Shown here in pieces: positions 1-18,068 of a DNA stretch of 64,000 nucleotides; positions within the stretch are counted from its first letter, which is position 1; the number at the start of each line of letters is the position of its first letter. The DNA is taken from the NCBI GenBank assembly GCA_039096225.1, contig JBBPEB010000017.1, forward strand, positions 248,001 to 312,000. Reading direction: 5' to 3'. Source of the DNA: Blastocystis sp. Blastoise. Lineage: Eukaryota > Protista > Bigyra: Opalinata. Below the pieces are notes generated by a model. That model was not told the origin of the DNA. It saw only the letters and a program-made list of their open reading frames with translations, and did not search any database. The position numbers were made by a program, and so were the translations under genes.

Positions 1-878
1 CATATGTTTTATACTTGGAAGAACATAATACAAATAGAGAGAATGCAAGGTAGCGAAATTTCTTAACACATTTCCTTTATGACTGTCAGTTATTTATTGT
101 TTTTCGTGAGTAAAAGAATGTTAATAGATCACAAGATGTTTGAGGTTGACTTACAACTAATTTCTACGACCATTGTTGAATGCTAATGTTTTATTTCTTC
201 AAAATTATTTGTTTCTATTCTCATGTATTCTTCACTAATAATAATATATGACATGATTTTCTAGATCGATTTCATGTATATATATTTCAATAATTGAAAG
301 TGCGTCGCTAAGACACAAATGAGAGATTAAAGAGCAAATACTTGGCAATAAAAAAATTTCAACAAAATTCTCTTTTATATTTCTATAAAATGATGATTCC
401 TATAATTGATATTATTCAATAAAAATGAAGAATGAAAAATATAATACAAAAATAACTCTGACTCAAATAGAATTTTGAATCAAAACATGATTCTAGTAAA
501 GAAAAATGATTGGTTATTTTTAAAACAAAAATGAGAATATGTTCTAAAAACGAGAAACTTTTTGTAGGAGAAATAACTCGCTGAATTCTCGATGAAGAAA
601 AACAAAATTTCTTTGACAGCAAAAATTCTTGGAAAAAAGTTTAAAAAAAGAAGATTCGAAAAAAATAATCAGGAAAGAAAAGAAAAAGACGATACTCGCG
701 GTAAATTGCAAAGATTCTTTAATTTGATCTAAAAATTCATGGAAATAAAAGATTCCAAAAAAGAAAAGAAGAATACATTTGTAAACTAACTGAATGACAA
801 ATAGATGTGTGTTTCTCTTATAAAATAGTTGTTTTTATTTCCTATATAATTATATTATTTGACTTATTCATTGAAAAT

Positions 879-1202
879 ATGGAATTCCCTTCTTTTACTG
901 AAGAAATTAAAACAGGACCTGAAGAATTCAGATCTGAAGATGTTTATACTCACGAACGAAAATGTAGTACTGAAGAACGTCTTCGTAGACCAAGTAGTGA
1001 TTCAAGAGAAAAAGCTTGGGAAATTGGTAGCCCTTGTAGAAAAGGTAGTATTGGAAACTCTGAACGAAAGAATTCCGTAACTCAACCAAGCAATCCTCGC
1101 CTTCCTTCTTTTCCTCCACCAAGTCCTAATCTTGTTGCTTCTCCTTGTATTCACGTTGAATCTGTAAAGGACATTGTTATGCCTAAACCTTTCAAATTAT
1201 AA
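879..1202 (+). CDS. Small intronless disordered protein (107 aa) with four RxxS basophilic kinase sites
   Basis: ATG at 879 starts a GC-richer ORF with biased codons (MEFPSFTEE...PKPFKL*); RKCS, RRPS, RKGS, RKNS; no recognised family. Confidence 0.7.
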   Translation: MEFPSFTEEIKTGPEEFRSEDVYTHERKCSTEERLRRPSSDSREKAWEIGSPCRKGSIGNSERKNSVTQPSNPRLPSFPPPSPNLVASPCIHVESVKDIVMPKPFKL

Positions 1203-1627
1203 TATTAGAATGAATTTATTTATCTTTCTCCTTTTGTATTTGTTAACTGTTTGTAGTTGTTTGTATTATGGCTGTATCATATTATTATTGCATTTCTGTT
1301 TTATGATGAATATAGTTTTGTTTATAAGAAAATTTTATTTCATATGTGTCTAGAATTCAATAATACGTTTTTTAAAGTTGTTTAGTTCACTAAAATGTAG
1401 GTCATTCCTTTTTTTTTTTTTGTTTTGATCCATATTTCAAATATTGCTTATAAAGAAAATGAAAAAAGAAACAATTGAAATTGACAGAGCATATAATACA
1501 ATTAAATAATATTTATAGTACATCTAAATAATTTATTAAAATGATTTTTCTTTCATTTAAATAAATAGTAGCTGTTACAGAAGAAAAGAATGAAAACTCT
1601 AATATTATTAAAGAATTAATAAAACAA

Positions 1628-3173
1628 TTACTGAAGACCTATCACAAGAACCGTAATATTATCATTAGTATCTCGTTTTATAGCCTCATCAGCTAAACTA
1701 TTCGCAGGATCAAATCCTGATTCCTATATATATGTAATATATATATATAGATCATTATTGAATATTATTTATAATTTTTAAAGTTATTTTCATAGAGATA
1801 TAATTAATTATGTATAAAAGTTATTCTAAAAGTATATATAAAATAATAGCATAAAGTTATTTTCATAAAGATATAATTAATTATATATAGAAAATAAATG
1901 ATATAAAATAAATGTTTAAAATAAGCAATATAAAATAAATGATAAAAAATAAATGTTTAAAAAATAAATGTTTAAAAAAATTTCAATATAAAATAAATAA
2001 TATAAAATAAATAATATAAAATAAATAATATATAAAAAAATAATATATCATATATATACTCCTTGATGAGTTTGAATAAAGTCGATAACTTCTTGATCAG
2101 TCATAACATCAAAGATACCATCACAAGCAATAACTAAAAACTGATCTTGATCTGTTATTTCATATTTAGTTATATAAGGATGAGCAGTAACATAATTCTT
2201 CAAGGAATGATCCCCAAAACTACGTGTAATGGCAAGAAGCCCGCCAACACGACCTTTTGAAACAAACCCGCCACTTGCATTGATTCGACGAATTTCATTT
2301 TCATCTATAGCTTTATGATCCTATATATAAATACTTATATAAATATATATTATATTTATAATATTAATATATATTAGTGTCCGTTATTAAGATCTTTATT
2401 CTTCATTTAATAATCATATTATGTATATTCGTTTAAAGTATGAAAGATGACATATACATTTATATATATATATATATAAAATCTAATAATATAATAAAAA
2501 ATCAAATAATATAATAAAAAATAATAATAATAATAATATAATAAAAAGAATAATATATATAATATAATAAAAAAATATATAATAAAAAAATAATATAATA
2601 AAATTAAAAAAAAATATAATAAAACATACATAAGATAATCGTATTGCTTGTCCATTATTACATATTAAAGTACGTGTATCTCCAACATTAGCACAATATA
2701 AAATACGTTTTCCATCCAATTGTTTTTGAATAAATACAATAGCAGCAGTAGAACCATCTACACATAATTCTTTTTGTTTTGTTTGTATATCCGTATATAA
2801 AAATGCATATTCTAAGCATTGCTCAATAGATGTAAGTTCGTTAGATTCAATAGCTTCTCGTAAATTATTATCTAAATGACTAACTACCCAATCAACAACA
2901 CCTCGTCCTAAAATTAGCATGAATCAACATATTATTCATATATTTTATTTTTTTATAATATAAAGACATACCTCCATGACCATCAAAAACACCTGCATAA
3001 AAAATATTGACATCATTCATAAAACAAGGAATAATCTTATGAGCATCTTCCATTGATTTTCGTCTCTTTGCATTCATTCTTTCCGCCTGGAATAAGTAAG
3101 TAACGTTCTTAGATAAGTCTAACTGAGTTGTTAATTTATCATCATTAGTAGTACTATCATCACAAATCTCCAT
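1628..3173 (-). CDS. Protein phosphatase 2C (PPM family), 4 exons
   Basis: Motifs RKSMEDAH, GVFDGHGG, DGSTA, ANVGDTR, DHK, LAITRSFGD, IACDGIFDV, DNITV; joined by GT-AG introns, TAA at 1628-1630. Confidence 0.95.
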
Positions 3174-3518
3174 TCTCTATCAATTATCACTAGAAGACTT
3201 TAAAAAAAGAAAAACAATTTTGTTTAGATCGAAATGAATAATCATAAATCTTTGTGTTTTATTCCATTTAATTTTCATTTCTCCCGTGAATTCCAAAAGC
3301 ATGACCAAATTATTTTCTGACTGATATCTTTTGAATATGACTGAATTCCAGAAATCTCGTTTCTCAATAACCGTTATTTTTTCTTAAAACATAGACAGTT
3401 TTCACATATATTTCTGACTTCGCCCTACATAGGGAAACAAAATGACGAAAAAAAATATTAAAAGAAACATTTAATTACCATATCTTTACAACTATTTTAT
3501 TGAACAATTCAGAGAATA

Positions 3519-4384
3519 ATGAATGAGAATGAAATAGATAATCTTGTACTTGCTATTGAGAGAAAAGATATCAATGATATCAACTTCTTATTAAAATCCA
3601 AGTTTCCAAATGGCCTGTTTGATAATATGGCTAATAGAACATTACTATTTGCTATTCGTGTAGGTGATATTCAAGTTGTTCAGACTTTATTGGCCAATCG
3701 CTGTGATGTAACAACTTCGTTGATAGTATGATTTATAAGAGTATTATAACTATAAAGGATATAGAAAAAGATTCGTGAGAATTCGGTGAACTCCCTCACT
3801 GATATAGATACTTTAATTATCAAATTCAAAGATACTCAAGAAGTAAATAGTCTTATGCTATTATTATAATATAAATATATATATAGAACTATATAAAAGA
3901 GGTACAAAATAATAATGAACAATTTATCAAAGATAATTATACTGATCCGTTATTGAAATTATTTACGAATCATTTCACACTTTCTCTTTTCACCATCGCT
4001 ATTTCTCGTGATCTCATTAGTATTTTTATTTTTATTTATTATATTTTATTATTATTATTATTATATTTTTTTATTTTATACATCTTTTATAGATATAATT
4101 CAATTATTATTTCCTTTAATTGAAGATATTAATTCCCGTGATCATTTTGGTCGTACGTATTTACATTATGCATTCTTATATGGTTCTGAATATTCAATTT
4201 TATATCTTATTGAACATAATGCAAATAGATATATACAATCTTATGTATATAGTTATATTAATGTTTATTATAATATTTATTTATTTTTAGACTAAACGAA
4301 TTCCTGCAGAATTAGGTTTTCGACATATAAAAACCATCAAAAATCCACAAATCATATCCTTTTTATTAGAAGTATATATATATA

Positions 4385-4419
<35 letters not shown>

Positions 4420-4852
4420 TTAAGGGTTTTGAAAATGCGTTAGACCGTGATGACGAAGTGGGGATCAAATTATTCGCTGAATACTATGGTCACGAGCAAT
4501 TTAATGATTATTATCAGGAGCACATGACAAGCATGCAACCTTTATTTACATCCAAAAGAGGTAGATATATATATATATAATCTTTATTAGAATAATTATA
4601 TATATTTTTTATTTGCTATTTACTTAATTATAATATATATATATATATAGAATTATATACATATTTATTGCAAAATGGATATATAATAGAGCAGACAACA
4701 TCTATACCTGCTACTCCCGTAAATCTATCCACTACTCTCCCTCCTCCTACCACTGCACTCCCCGCGGGAATCACGGAAAGTGTTCATGTTAAAGGTCAGA
4801 CATTAAAAGAAGTTACATCTACTTCTTCTTCTACGACTACTACTACTACTAC

Positions 4853-4929
<77 letters not shown>

Positions 4930-4982
4930 TACCTACTGTTCCTGCTTCACAACCTATTATTCAACAACAAATACCCATATCA

Positions 4983-5027
<45 letters not shown>

Positions 5028-5217
5028 TTATCTGTATCTACTTCTACTGCTACTCCTTCTCTTCCTGTGGAATCTAATCAAACGGAAATACTAGAAACAA
5101 AACAAGATACCAATAATGAGATACAATTACCTAAAGGAAATATTCCTATAAATAGTGTTCCACAAGAGAACTTTACTTCTGGAACACAAATAAATAATCA
5201 TCAAATAGTTACTAATG

Positions 5218-5254
<37 letters not shown>

Positions 5255-6101
5255 CATTCAACTCAACTAACTACAATAATATACTAATAAATAATATATA
5301 CTAATTATACGTATATATAGATTATATTCATGGAGTAACCACTTCACAAGTTCCATCTATTTCAATTCCTGAATTAAGACCTAATCTGAAAATGTCTGAA
5401 ATCACTCGTACAAAATCGTTACCCGTACATCTTGATCCCTCTCATAATCCGTTAGCCGAACAATTTTATCCTCCTTCAACTCCTTCAAACGCTATGCTAA
5501 AACAGATGCAGTATAATCAATATACAACGAATGAAGACACAATGAAAGGTAATATGATCATTAATAATAATAATAGTAATATTAATACTACTATTAATAA
5601 TAATAGTAATAATAATATTATTTCTTCTACAAACAAAGACACGGTAATATCATATTCTTCAACAGAAATACCTATTAATATAAAGAATACTATTCCAAGT
5701 ACAATAAATACTATTCCAAGTACAGCTACTCCTATTTCGCAAACTACTTCGATTTCTACAAATAATGAGCAATATAATAATAATAATAATATAAATAATA
5801 ATACAATTAATGTGTCGAATAAATTACCTGTTCAGTCGATATCACTTTCAGATACTTCAAATTCATTAAATCCTTTAAATACTTCTCTTCCTTATCCTAT
5901 TCCTCCTTCTGTGTCTTCTTCTACTCCTACTAATGCTACTATTACTACTACTTCTACTACTACTTCTACTACTAATCCTATTTATAATCCTAATAGTAAT
6001 GCAACAATGAATACATCACCATCTATACCTATTTCTCCTCCTTCAATTCCTATTAATAATAATAATAATACTAATAATACTAATAATACTGGTAATACTG
6101 G

Positions 6102-6144
<43 letters not shown>

Positions 6145-6372
6145 GTATCTCCTATATCTATTCCACAACGTCCTTATTCTCAAATAATACGTACAAATAG
6201 TTGTCTTCCCCTATCTGGATCAGCTGGTGTAACTACTTCTTTATCTTCGAATGATTTACAACTCTTAGAACGATCGAATTCACATCCACTTAATAATCAT
6301 TTATCTGTATCCTCATTAAATATTACTACAAGTCGTACTATGACACCAACTATGAGTTCTACTCTTACAAGT

Positions 6373-6448
<76 letters not shown>

Positions 6449-7888
6449 TACCTTATCGTGACAGTTCTCCTGTTCCTCATTTTCCTGCTATAAATATAGA
6501 TGGAGTATATACATCAAATCAATTGCCACCTGTAATGAATTCTACCCCTATTAGTACTGTACCTATTGTTCAACCTCTACCTCCAATTTATAGAAAACAA
6601 TCCCCTTCTCCTTCTCCAACTAATAATAATATGAATATAAATATGAATATGAATAATAATATGAATATGAATATGAATAATAATATGAATATGAATAATA
6701 ATAATAATAATAATAATAATATACCTCCATATGTTTCACAAGTAGAGGTTCCTTCTAGTTCTTCTACTAATATATACCCTAATGGTATATATCCCAATCC
6801 TTCTAGTAGTAATAATAATAATAATATGAATAATAATATCAATAATAATAATAATATGAATAATAATAATAATATGAATAATAATAATATGAATAATAAT
6901 AATATGAATAATAATAATACTTCTTCTGGAACTTCTCAGAATGTATTGGAATACAATCAAGATCATTCTTTTTATCCTCTTCAAGGGTCAAGTGTCATTC
7001 ACCAACAAACATCAGAACTTTATATTCCTTCTTCTTCTATGAATAATAATATCAATAATAATGTGAATAATAATCTTGAATCTTTATCAACAAATATTGT
7101 AGAAAATAACACAGAAAACCGTGGGGATATAAATAATACGAATTCAGAAATAGATGTAAAACAAATGATGAATCAATGTCCACTTCGTATATATATATAT
7201 ATATTATTATTATTATTAACATTCATTCATCTTTTACTATATATATATAATATATGTAAATAATATTTCTATAAAATCCTTCTATATAGCTTATAATAAT
7301 GACTCGGATGTTGTCATCGATTTCCTTAATGAAACACAATGTATTCAATATCTAGATGTTATGAAACAATATGTATATAGATATATATGATTATACATAC
7401 ATCAATTTAATTATAATAAATAATATTCATTATAATAAATAATATTCATATACTAAATAATATTCATTATAATAATAATATATTCTATTCTTTATTTAGA
7501 ATGTATTAAATCCATTTCAATTTTTTCATTTGACTGAAAATGATCAAAAGCAGCTGAAAATAAAAATAGGAGATCGATTCGATTTAAATACACGTATCAA
7601 TGAATATAGATATATATTAGATCTTTTAGAAAAAATTAATTTATATCGTTATTTTAATGTTTTTTGTTATTATGGGTTTACTACAGCTCCTAGTATATTT
7701 GGAATGCAGATAGAAGATGTTCTAAAGATGGGTCTTTCGGAAACCATATATAATCAAATTATTCAATGTAAAATTGTATTTATATATATATTTTATCTAT
7801 CATTTATATATAGTTATTATTTATATCTATATATTTTATTTATTAATTATAATACATATACACATATATATTTATATCATTTATATAG

Positions 7889-7923
<35 letters not shown>

Positions 7924-8327
7924 CCAATTATTACTCATTCTTATAATAGTGAAGATGATTGTACTGAATTCTTAGCCTTATGTGTTTCTAAAGAAGTTAT
8001 CAATAAAATCAGAAATGATGTATTTATTTACTTATATTATTCTTATAATACTACTTTATTATCTATAATTATTTTCTATATATATTTATTATCTCTATTA
8101 TATATATATATATATATATTCCTCTATTCTATAGGGTGCTATTCGTGTCATGTATAAATTAGCTTGTATTGATGATAATTCAGCAGAAGAATTAAATATC
8201 AGCCTTGGAGATGCCAGAGCTATTCAGGGAACGTTTAATGTATATATTTACATATATATTATTCATATTCTATTATTCTTTTTTTATATAGTATTTAGTC
8301 GATCATAAAATGCTTATTGATTCTTAA
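3519..8327 (+). CDS. Ankyrin-repeat and SAM-domain protein with long Asn/Ser/Thr low-complexity linker
   Basis: Ankyrin motifs (NRTLLFAIRVGDIQVVQTLL; NSRDHFGRTYLHYA); C-terminal SAM-like segments (LLEKINLYRYFNVF...EDVLKMGL); multi-exon, TAA at 8325-8327; internal exon boundaries approximate. Confidence 0.75.
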
Positions 8328-8627
8328 AAATTAAAAAAAAAATAAAATTATTATCTTAGTATTGTTTTGTACTTAAAATTGTCTTTTAATAACATCGAAA
8401 AAAAAAATACATTTTTCTAATTCTCATACTCAAATATAATATGAATATATACCGTCAATTTATGTATTGAAAGAAATATATAGTTGTATGGAATAAAAAA
8501 AATTACGATAAAGTATGTATAGAGTATGATGAGTCTTTAAAACTATGAAGAAATGAAGAAATAGGAATTGAACTAAACATTTTGATAAATCTATTTGCAC
8601 ATTGTCCCTAATTTATTTGTAAGATTT

Positions 8628-9416
8628 TTAGTTCTTGCAGGCAGCGGCAATATGATCAAGTTCTCTTTGACCAGCGGGGGTAAGTTGTCTACCACCATTT
8701 TCAGGAATAATTATAATAATAAAAAATAGAAATAATGTGCAGGAAAAGAATCAATTAAAAATAAGAATACTAATTAATATGAATCTCATAAAAATTATGG
8801 CATAATATATATATAATATATTTAGATATAATTAAAAATATGATTTAAAACATGATTAAAAATATAATTAAAAATATTTAGATCACCATTTTCAGAGACC
8901 TTCATAAGTCCGAGCTTTTCAAGGTTGTGCATACAGTGACGGATGATACCACCAGTAGCCTATAATATATAATAATATAGAAATACATATAGCTACATAT
9001 AATAAATTTAATTAAATATAAATAAATTTTTAAATAGAAACATCCAAATAGATTCAATTTTTTATAATAAATAAAAACATTCAAATTAATAAAGAATATA
9101 TAAAAAAACATGCCTTAGCGAAATGACCCTTACGGACACCATTATCCTTCTTGCTACCAAAAACTTCTCTGAGAGCACCAACACCACAACCAGGGCGAAG
9201 GTAGACACGACGAGCAATAGCAGCAGCTCTAACGTAATACCAGTCATCATCAAGAGGGGAGAGTTCGTTGTGAACACGGGTCTTCATGAATTCGTGATTC
9301 TTGGGTAAATCTAACTTACCACTACGCTTTAAGTGTTCAGCATAAGCGGCAATGAATTTAGAAGCAGGGATATCTCTGACAGAGGTAGCTTTACCAAAAC
9401 AAATGGGGGAGCTCAT
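8628..9416 (-). CDS. RPS19: 40S ribosomal protein eS19 (3 coding exons plus a 5'UTR intron 9417-9566)
   Basis: ELSPLDDDWYYVRAAAIARRVYLR, GGIIRHCMHNLEKLGL, GGRQLTPAGQRELDHIA; intron ends anomalous (see findings). Confidence 0.97.
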
Positions 9417-9930
9417 CTATTTATATAAAAAATAGAGATGAATTGACAATGATTTTTTGTGATAGAAAGATTGATTAAATTATTAACATCTTCAAAGAAC
9501 CTATTTCTTGTCTTTAAAGATTTTTCTCGATAACAACACTACCCAAAAAATACAATATATACATACCTTCTATATTAAGTCGACAAAAAAGTGCAAATAT
9601 ATTAAGGAAGTTCTGAATTGTATGTTTTTATGGAAGACCGAAATATTGGTAAAAAGCTGCCGTCACTGGTTAACCATTAATTTTTACTATAGCCGATTTT
9701 ATAAACAATATTTCAAAATTTTATATAGATAATTTCCATAGTTCGAACCGCTCGACCTTTGAAAATAAGTGAAAAGTGTGAGTCGGTTTTCTTATAAAAA
9801 TCATGAATTTTTCATACTATTTGCAATACTTGACATCTTCAATTTTTTTGGGAAAAAAGTCTCTTTAAAATAATAATTTTCCTCCAGTTCAGGTTATTTG
9901 TCTGCTCTATTAACAGCCCTTTACTGCAAA

Positions 9931-10443
9931 ATGTCTGATACCAAGAAGACCACTCAAGAACAATATCACAAGCTTAGAATTACTCTTACTTCTAAGAACG
10001 TCAAGAACATTGAAAGTGTTTCCAACTCTCTCAAGAAGATCGCCGTTGATAACAACGCTACTGTTAGAGGACCCGTCCGTATGCCCAACAGAATTCTTCA
10101 TATTACCACCCGTAGATCTCCTTGTGGTGAAGGTACCAACAGATTTTTTAATATACTATTTCATAAACATAAAAAATATATATTATTTTCTATTTCATTT
10201 TCATTTTAGGTACCAACACCTATGATCATTTTGAACTCAGAATTCACAAGAGAGTTCTTGATATCACTGTCAATGTAATTTAAATATTAATGACATTATT
10301 TTTATAAATGATATTAAATGATTACTTTTTAAATCCATTATTCTTATTTTATATGTTTATCTGTCACCAGTGAAGTCATGCAATCTATTCAAAATGTTCG
10401 TCTTGAACCTGATGTAAACATTGAAGTTGTCATCAGAAAGTAA
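9931..10443 (+). CDS. RPS20: 40S ribosomal protein uS10 (S20), 3 exons
   Basis: [56 protein letters not shown]; intron ends anomalous. Confidence 0.97.
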
Positions 10444-10692
10444 AGTGTTTTCTTTAGTTAAGACATTTTTAGGAGCTTCTATGCTTTGTTTTGTTAATTT
10501 TTTTTTTCTTATGTAAAATGAAATAAACAATGTTAATAAATTATTGTTGTAAAAGTAATTGACTTTTAAAAAAAATAAAAATTATAATAATAAATATAGA
10601 ATTTCTAATCTATAAAACTGGATGTTAAAAATAAATGAAAAGCGAAGTTTTCTAGAAAAATGAATTAAAATTATTTTTTATTATTCATACCT

Positions 10693-11218
10693 ATGACATA
10701 TATTAAAAACGGTATAAAATATTATTTTATGTTCATGAAATGTTTATCATATAATATATATAGGTCAGGTATATGAAGAGAAACCTTTTTCGTTTCTTGG
10801 ATCAATTATCGATGCCATAACAAGCATTCTCAACTTTTTCTATTACTTGTATATAAGCTTAAACTCATTATTTATCTTAAAAATGTATTTCTATAGTTTA
10901 GCATCCATCTTCGCTGTATGATTATTTGTTCTATAATAGTTATTAATCGATCTTTAGTTTGAAGGAACTTCGACTCATGGAGGACACTTAAAAAATAACG
11001 AAGAAAGTAAGAGAAAAGCAGCTTTCAACAAGAAGTTTGATGATAAGCCAGCTGTATCAAAATCAATTGGTACTGTTTCTAAAACACAACCACCATGTAT
11101 ATATCTTATATAATATCTAGTCACCATATCTTAATTTTTAATACTATTTTTAATTATTTAATTTATAAAATAATTGATTTATATAGCTGGATGTGGAGCT
11201 GCTGGTGGGTGACATTAA
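10693..11218 (+). CDS. SELENOK: Selenoprotein K-like (Sec at TGA 11210-11212), 5 exons
   Basis: Exons 10693-10711, 10764-10848, 10897-10915, 10958-11096, 11187-11218 give MTYIKNGQVYEEKPFS...hydrophobic segment...QPPSGCGAAGG-U-H*; matches SelK N-terminus (M.YI.NGQV) and C-terminal GGU; downstream SECIS. Confidence 0.88.
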
Positions 11219-11260
11219 GCAGTTTAATTACTATTACGATTATTTAGCTTTTTGATACAG

Positions 11261-11330
11261 AATTTTATGTTACTGATGACGATTTTCCTTTAAACTATGA
11301 ATAGGGTAGGATTATCTGAAAATAAAAATC
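11261..11330 (+). promoter_or_regulatory. SECIS element (type II) in SelK 3'UTR
   Basis: ATGA core 11276-11279, helix GATTTTCCT/AGGATTATC, unpaired AAA 11292-11294, CTAT/ATAG ministem, TGA 11317-11319. Confidence 0.82.
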
Positions 11331-11950
11331 AAATGTACTTATATGCTAAATAATTATTCACAAAAATTAAAGTATGCAATAGAGGATTCAATAATATACT
11401 TAAGATACGAAGTGTTATTATGTTCGTTATCTTTCAATATTTTCTATCTTTATTTATTCAAGAATATAAATATTGATAGACTAAATATGTAAATACGTTT
11501 TATTATTACAATCAAATTCTCTTGTTACTTTAAATGTGCCATATTTATTATGAAAAGTGATCTTTTATATATGTATATTATCTTTGACTCGTTTCTGTGA
11601 TGAGTTTATCACATATATATTGTTTTGTTTTATGAAACTTCAAGAAATGGTATGAGTGTTTTTTTGTATCCTTTTTTGTGTATCGAATATTTGATTTTTT
11701 ATTCATGTAGAATTGTTCTGTGTTTTTTAAAAATTCATAGAACTATATATCCTATTTGTATATCATAGGATTCACTCATAAAACTATTTGTTACAAATCA
11801 CAAATTCATATCCTTATAGAATATTCTCTATGAATTTCATATATGGATGAAGGATATATAGAAGAGTGAAATGATTTATTCAAATATGAAGAACGAAACA
11901 AGTGTTTCCAATTCCATGTTTATTCTTTATAATATTTTATGATTAACTTT

Positions 11951-13288
11951 ATGATTCCTATTCAAAAGATCTTAGTGATAGGAGAGAAGATGTCAGGAAA
12001 GTCACAGTTCATCTTGTCCGTCAAAGGACAGGAAATTGATGATTTATCCAATAGTTCTTCATGTATATTCATTACTTATTAATATAAAGGCTTATCATTA
12101 GTGATAAGCATGATTAAAGGAGTATTCAGTGTGTATAAGCCATGTATTTAATGTAAAACCATTGTTTCTATTTTTATTCAGCATCGTTTTCCTACAAATA
12201 TTATAATCTTCCTTATGTCGTATATTCATATTAACTACTTTATTTAATCTTATTCATATAGTTTTGGGAAATTAATTGGAAAAATTAGTATATATATTTA
12301 TATATTATTAGCCTATATAGAATAGTCAATCAAAATTTTTGAAACGACGAGTAATTAGAAAAACTAATTTAATTCTATTAATGTATTTATATATATTTAT
12401 TATGATTATGATTATTTAATATTGTTTTATTATATTTATATATTTATTATTATCTATATATTATTGATACTATAGTCATATATAAATATATATAGATATG
12501 ATATAACAAATATATCTTCTTTTGATTCATGTCTATCTATATATAATGATATCAAAACACAAACAGATTATGAAAAAGATATTTTCTTTGTATATATATA
12601 AATATATATATAATTGCTAATAGTAGTTAATACTAATATAATATACTTATTCTTTTTACTTTTTTATATATAAATGACTAGACTATATGTGTTATACTAT
12701 AAACGATATATATATATATATAGATTGGTATGAAAATGGATATTGCAGATACGAAATTAGATTCACAACAAAAAAATCGTTTATATTTATATATAAATAA
12801 TAAGTTATCTAATCTGCTTTGTAATTCGTTCTGTAAGCATATATTATGATTCTTATATGCTTATTATGTTTAGCTATATATTTACTTATATAAATATATA
12901 TACTAGTATGAATTATCATGATTTATAATTATGATATATATATATATATAGTTATTGATGTATTATCATATAAATCTATTGATACCATTCGAGTCGCTAT
13001 TATTCGATCTCTTATTCAATATCTTGGATCTAATGTATATATATATATATATTATTTAAATATATACAGTATTCATTATTATAATATATATATAGTCATT
13101 AATATATATATTATTCTATAACTATGATATAATAATAATAATATAATTATTATTATTAAGATTATTCTAATTATTATATATATATATATATATATATATA
13201 GGATAATGATACCACTCAAGAAGGTTATGAGGAATTGATGAGAATCAGACAAATTCAGAAGGTGACTGAAGAAGTTTTTCAGCACTAA
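11951..13288 (+). CDS. Divergent Ras-superfamily small GTPase-like protein, many micro-exons
   Basis: KILVIGEKMSGKSQF P-loop at N-terminus, FWEI (G3-like), IGMKMD (G4-like); last exon ends EEVFQH*; internal exon structure uncertain. Confidence 0.6.
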
Positions 13289-13312
13289 TCGTTTATATAT
13301 ATGTTTTGAATA

Positions 13313-13347
<35 letters not shown>

Positions 13348-13949
13348 GTGGAAACATATTCTTTTATTATGATATTTTTACTTTTTTCTGTTTTATTGAC
13401 TTTGTTTGCAACCGTTAATATGATATAAATAAAAATGAATTTTGTACTATAACAGATATATTTATAATATGATTTTTTGTGAATATAAAATCAGCACCAT
13501 ATAGTTTATTACATATAATTATATGTTTTTTAAATAAGAAGGATTTTATTATAAAAATACCTTTATTAATAATCATACTGAGTTGTATGTAGATGTTCTA
13601 TTCTTAATAATGATAATACTCATAGAATATGTAAATAATGGGCACTATACTATATGTTTATATATCAGCATATTTCAGAAATATAGCTATACTATATTGT
13701 GTTGGAGTAATGATGAAATCGTTCATTTTCGCATAAAACTAAGAACAAAAAAACAAGCAAGGATATACATACAAACGTTATAATAATTGAACAACATACA
13801 CAAATAAAAGATATAGATATATTCCCAAAGAATAAATTACAAATGAAATGATTGATTTTCAAAAGTGGAAGAGAAGAAGTAATAACAAAAAGAAAAAAAT
13901 AAAAAGAAATGAGAAAAGAAGATATTATAGATATATATATATATATAAA

Positions 13950-18068
<4,119 letters not shown>

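Noticed and set aside
8961-9113. GC-AG intron in RPS19 as an independent feature
   Set aside because: The GC matches the next exon start, so it is probably part of the same exon-overwrite pattern and is not reliable alone.
9417-10360. Intronic snoRNAs in ribosomal protein introns
   Set aside because: No convincing box C/D pair with terminal stem or H/ACA structure was found.
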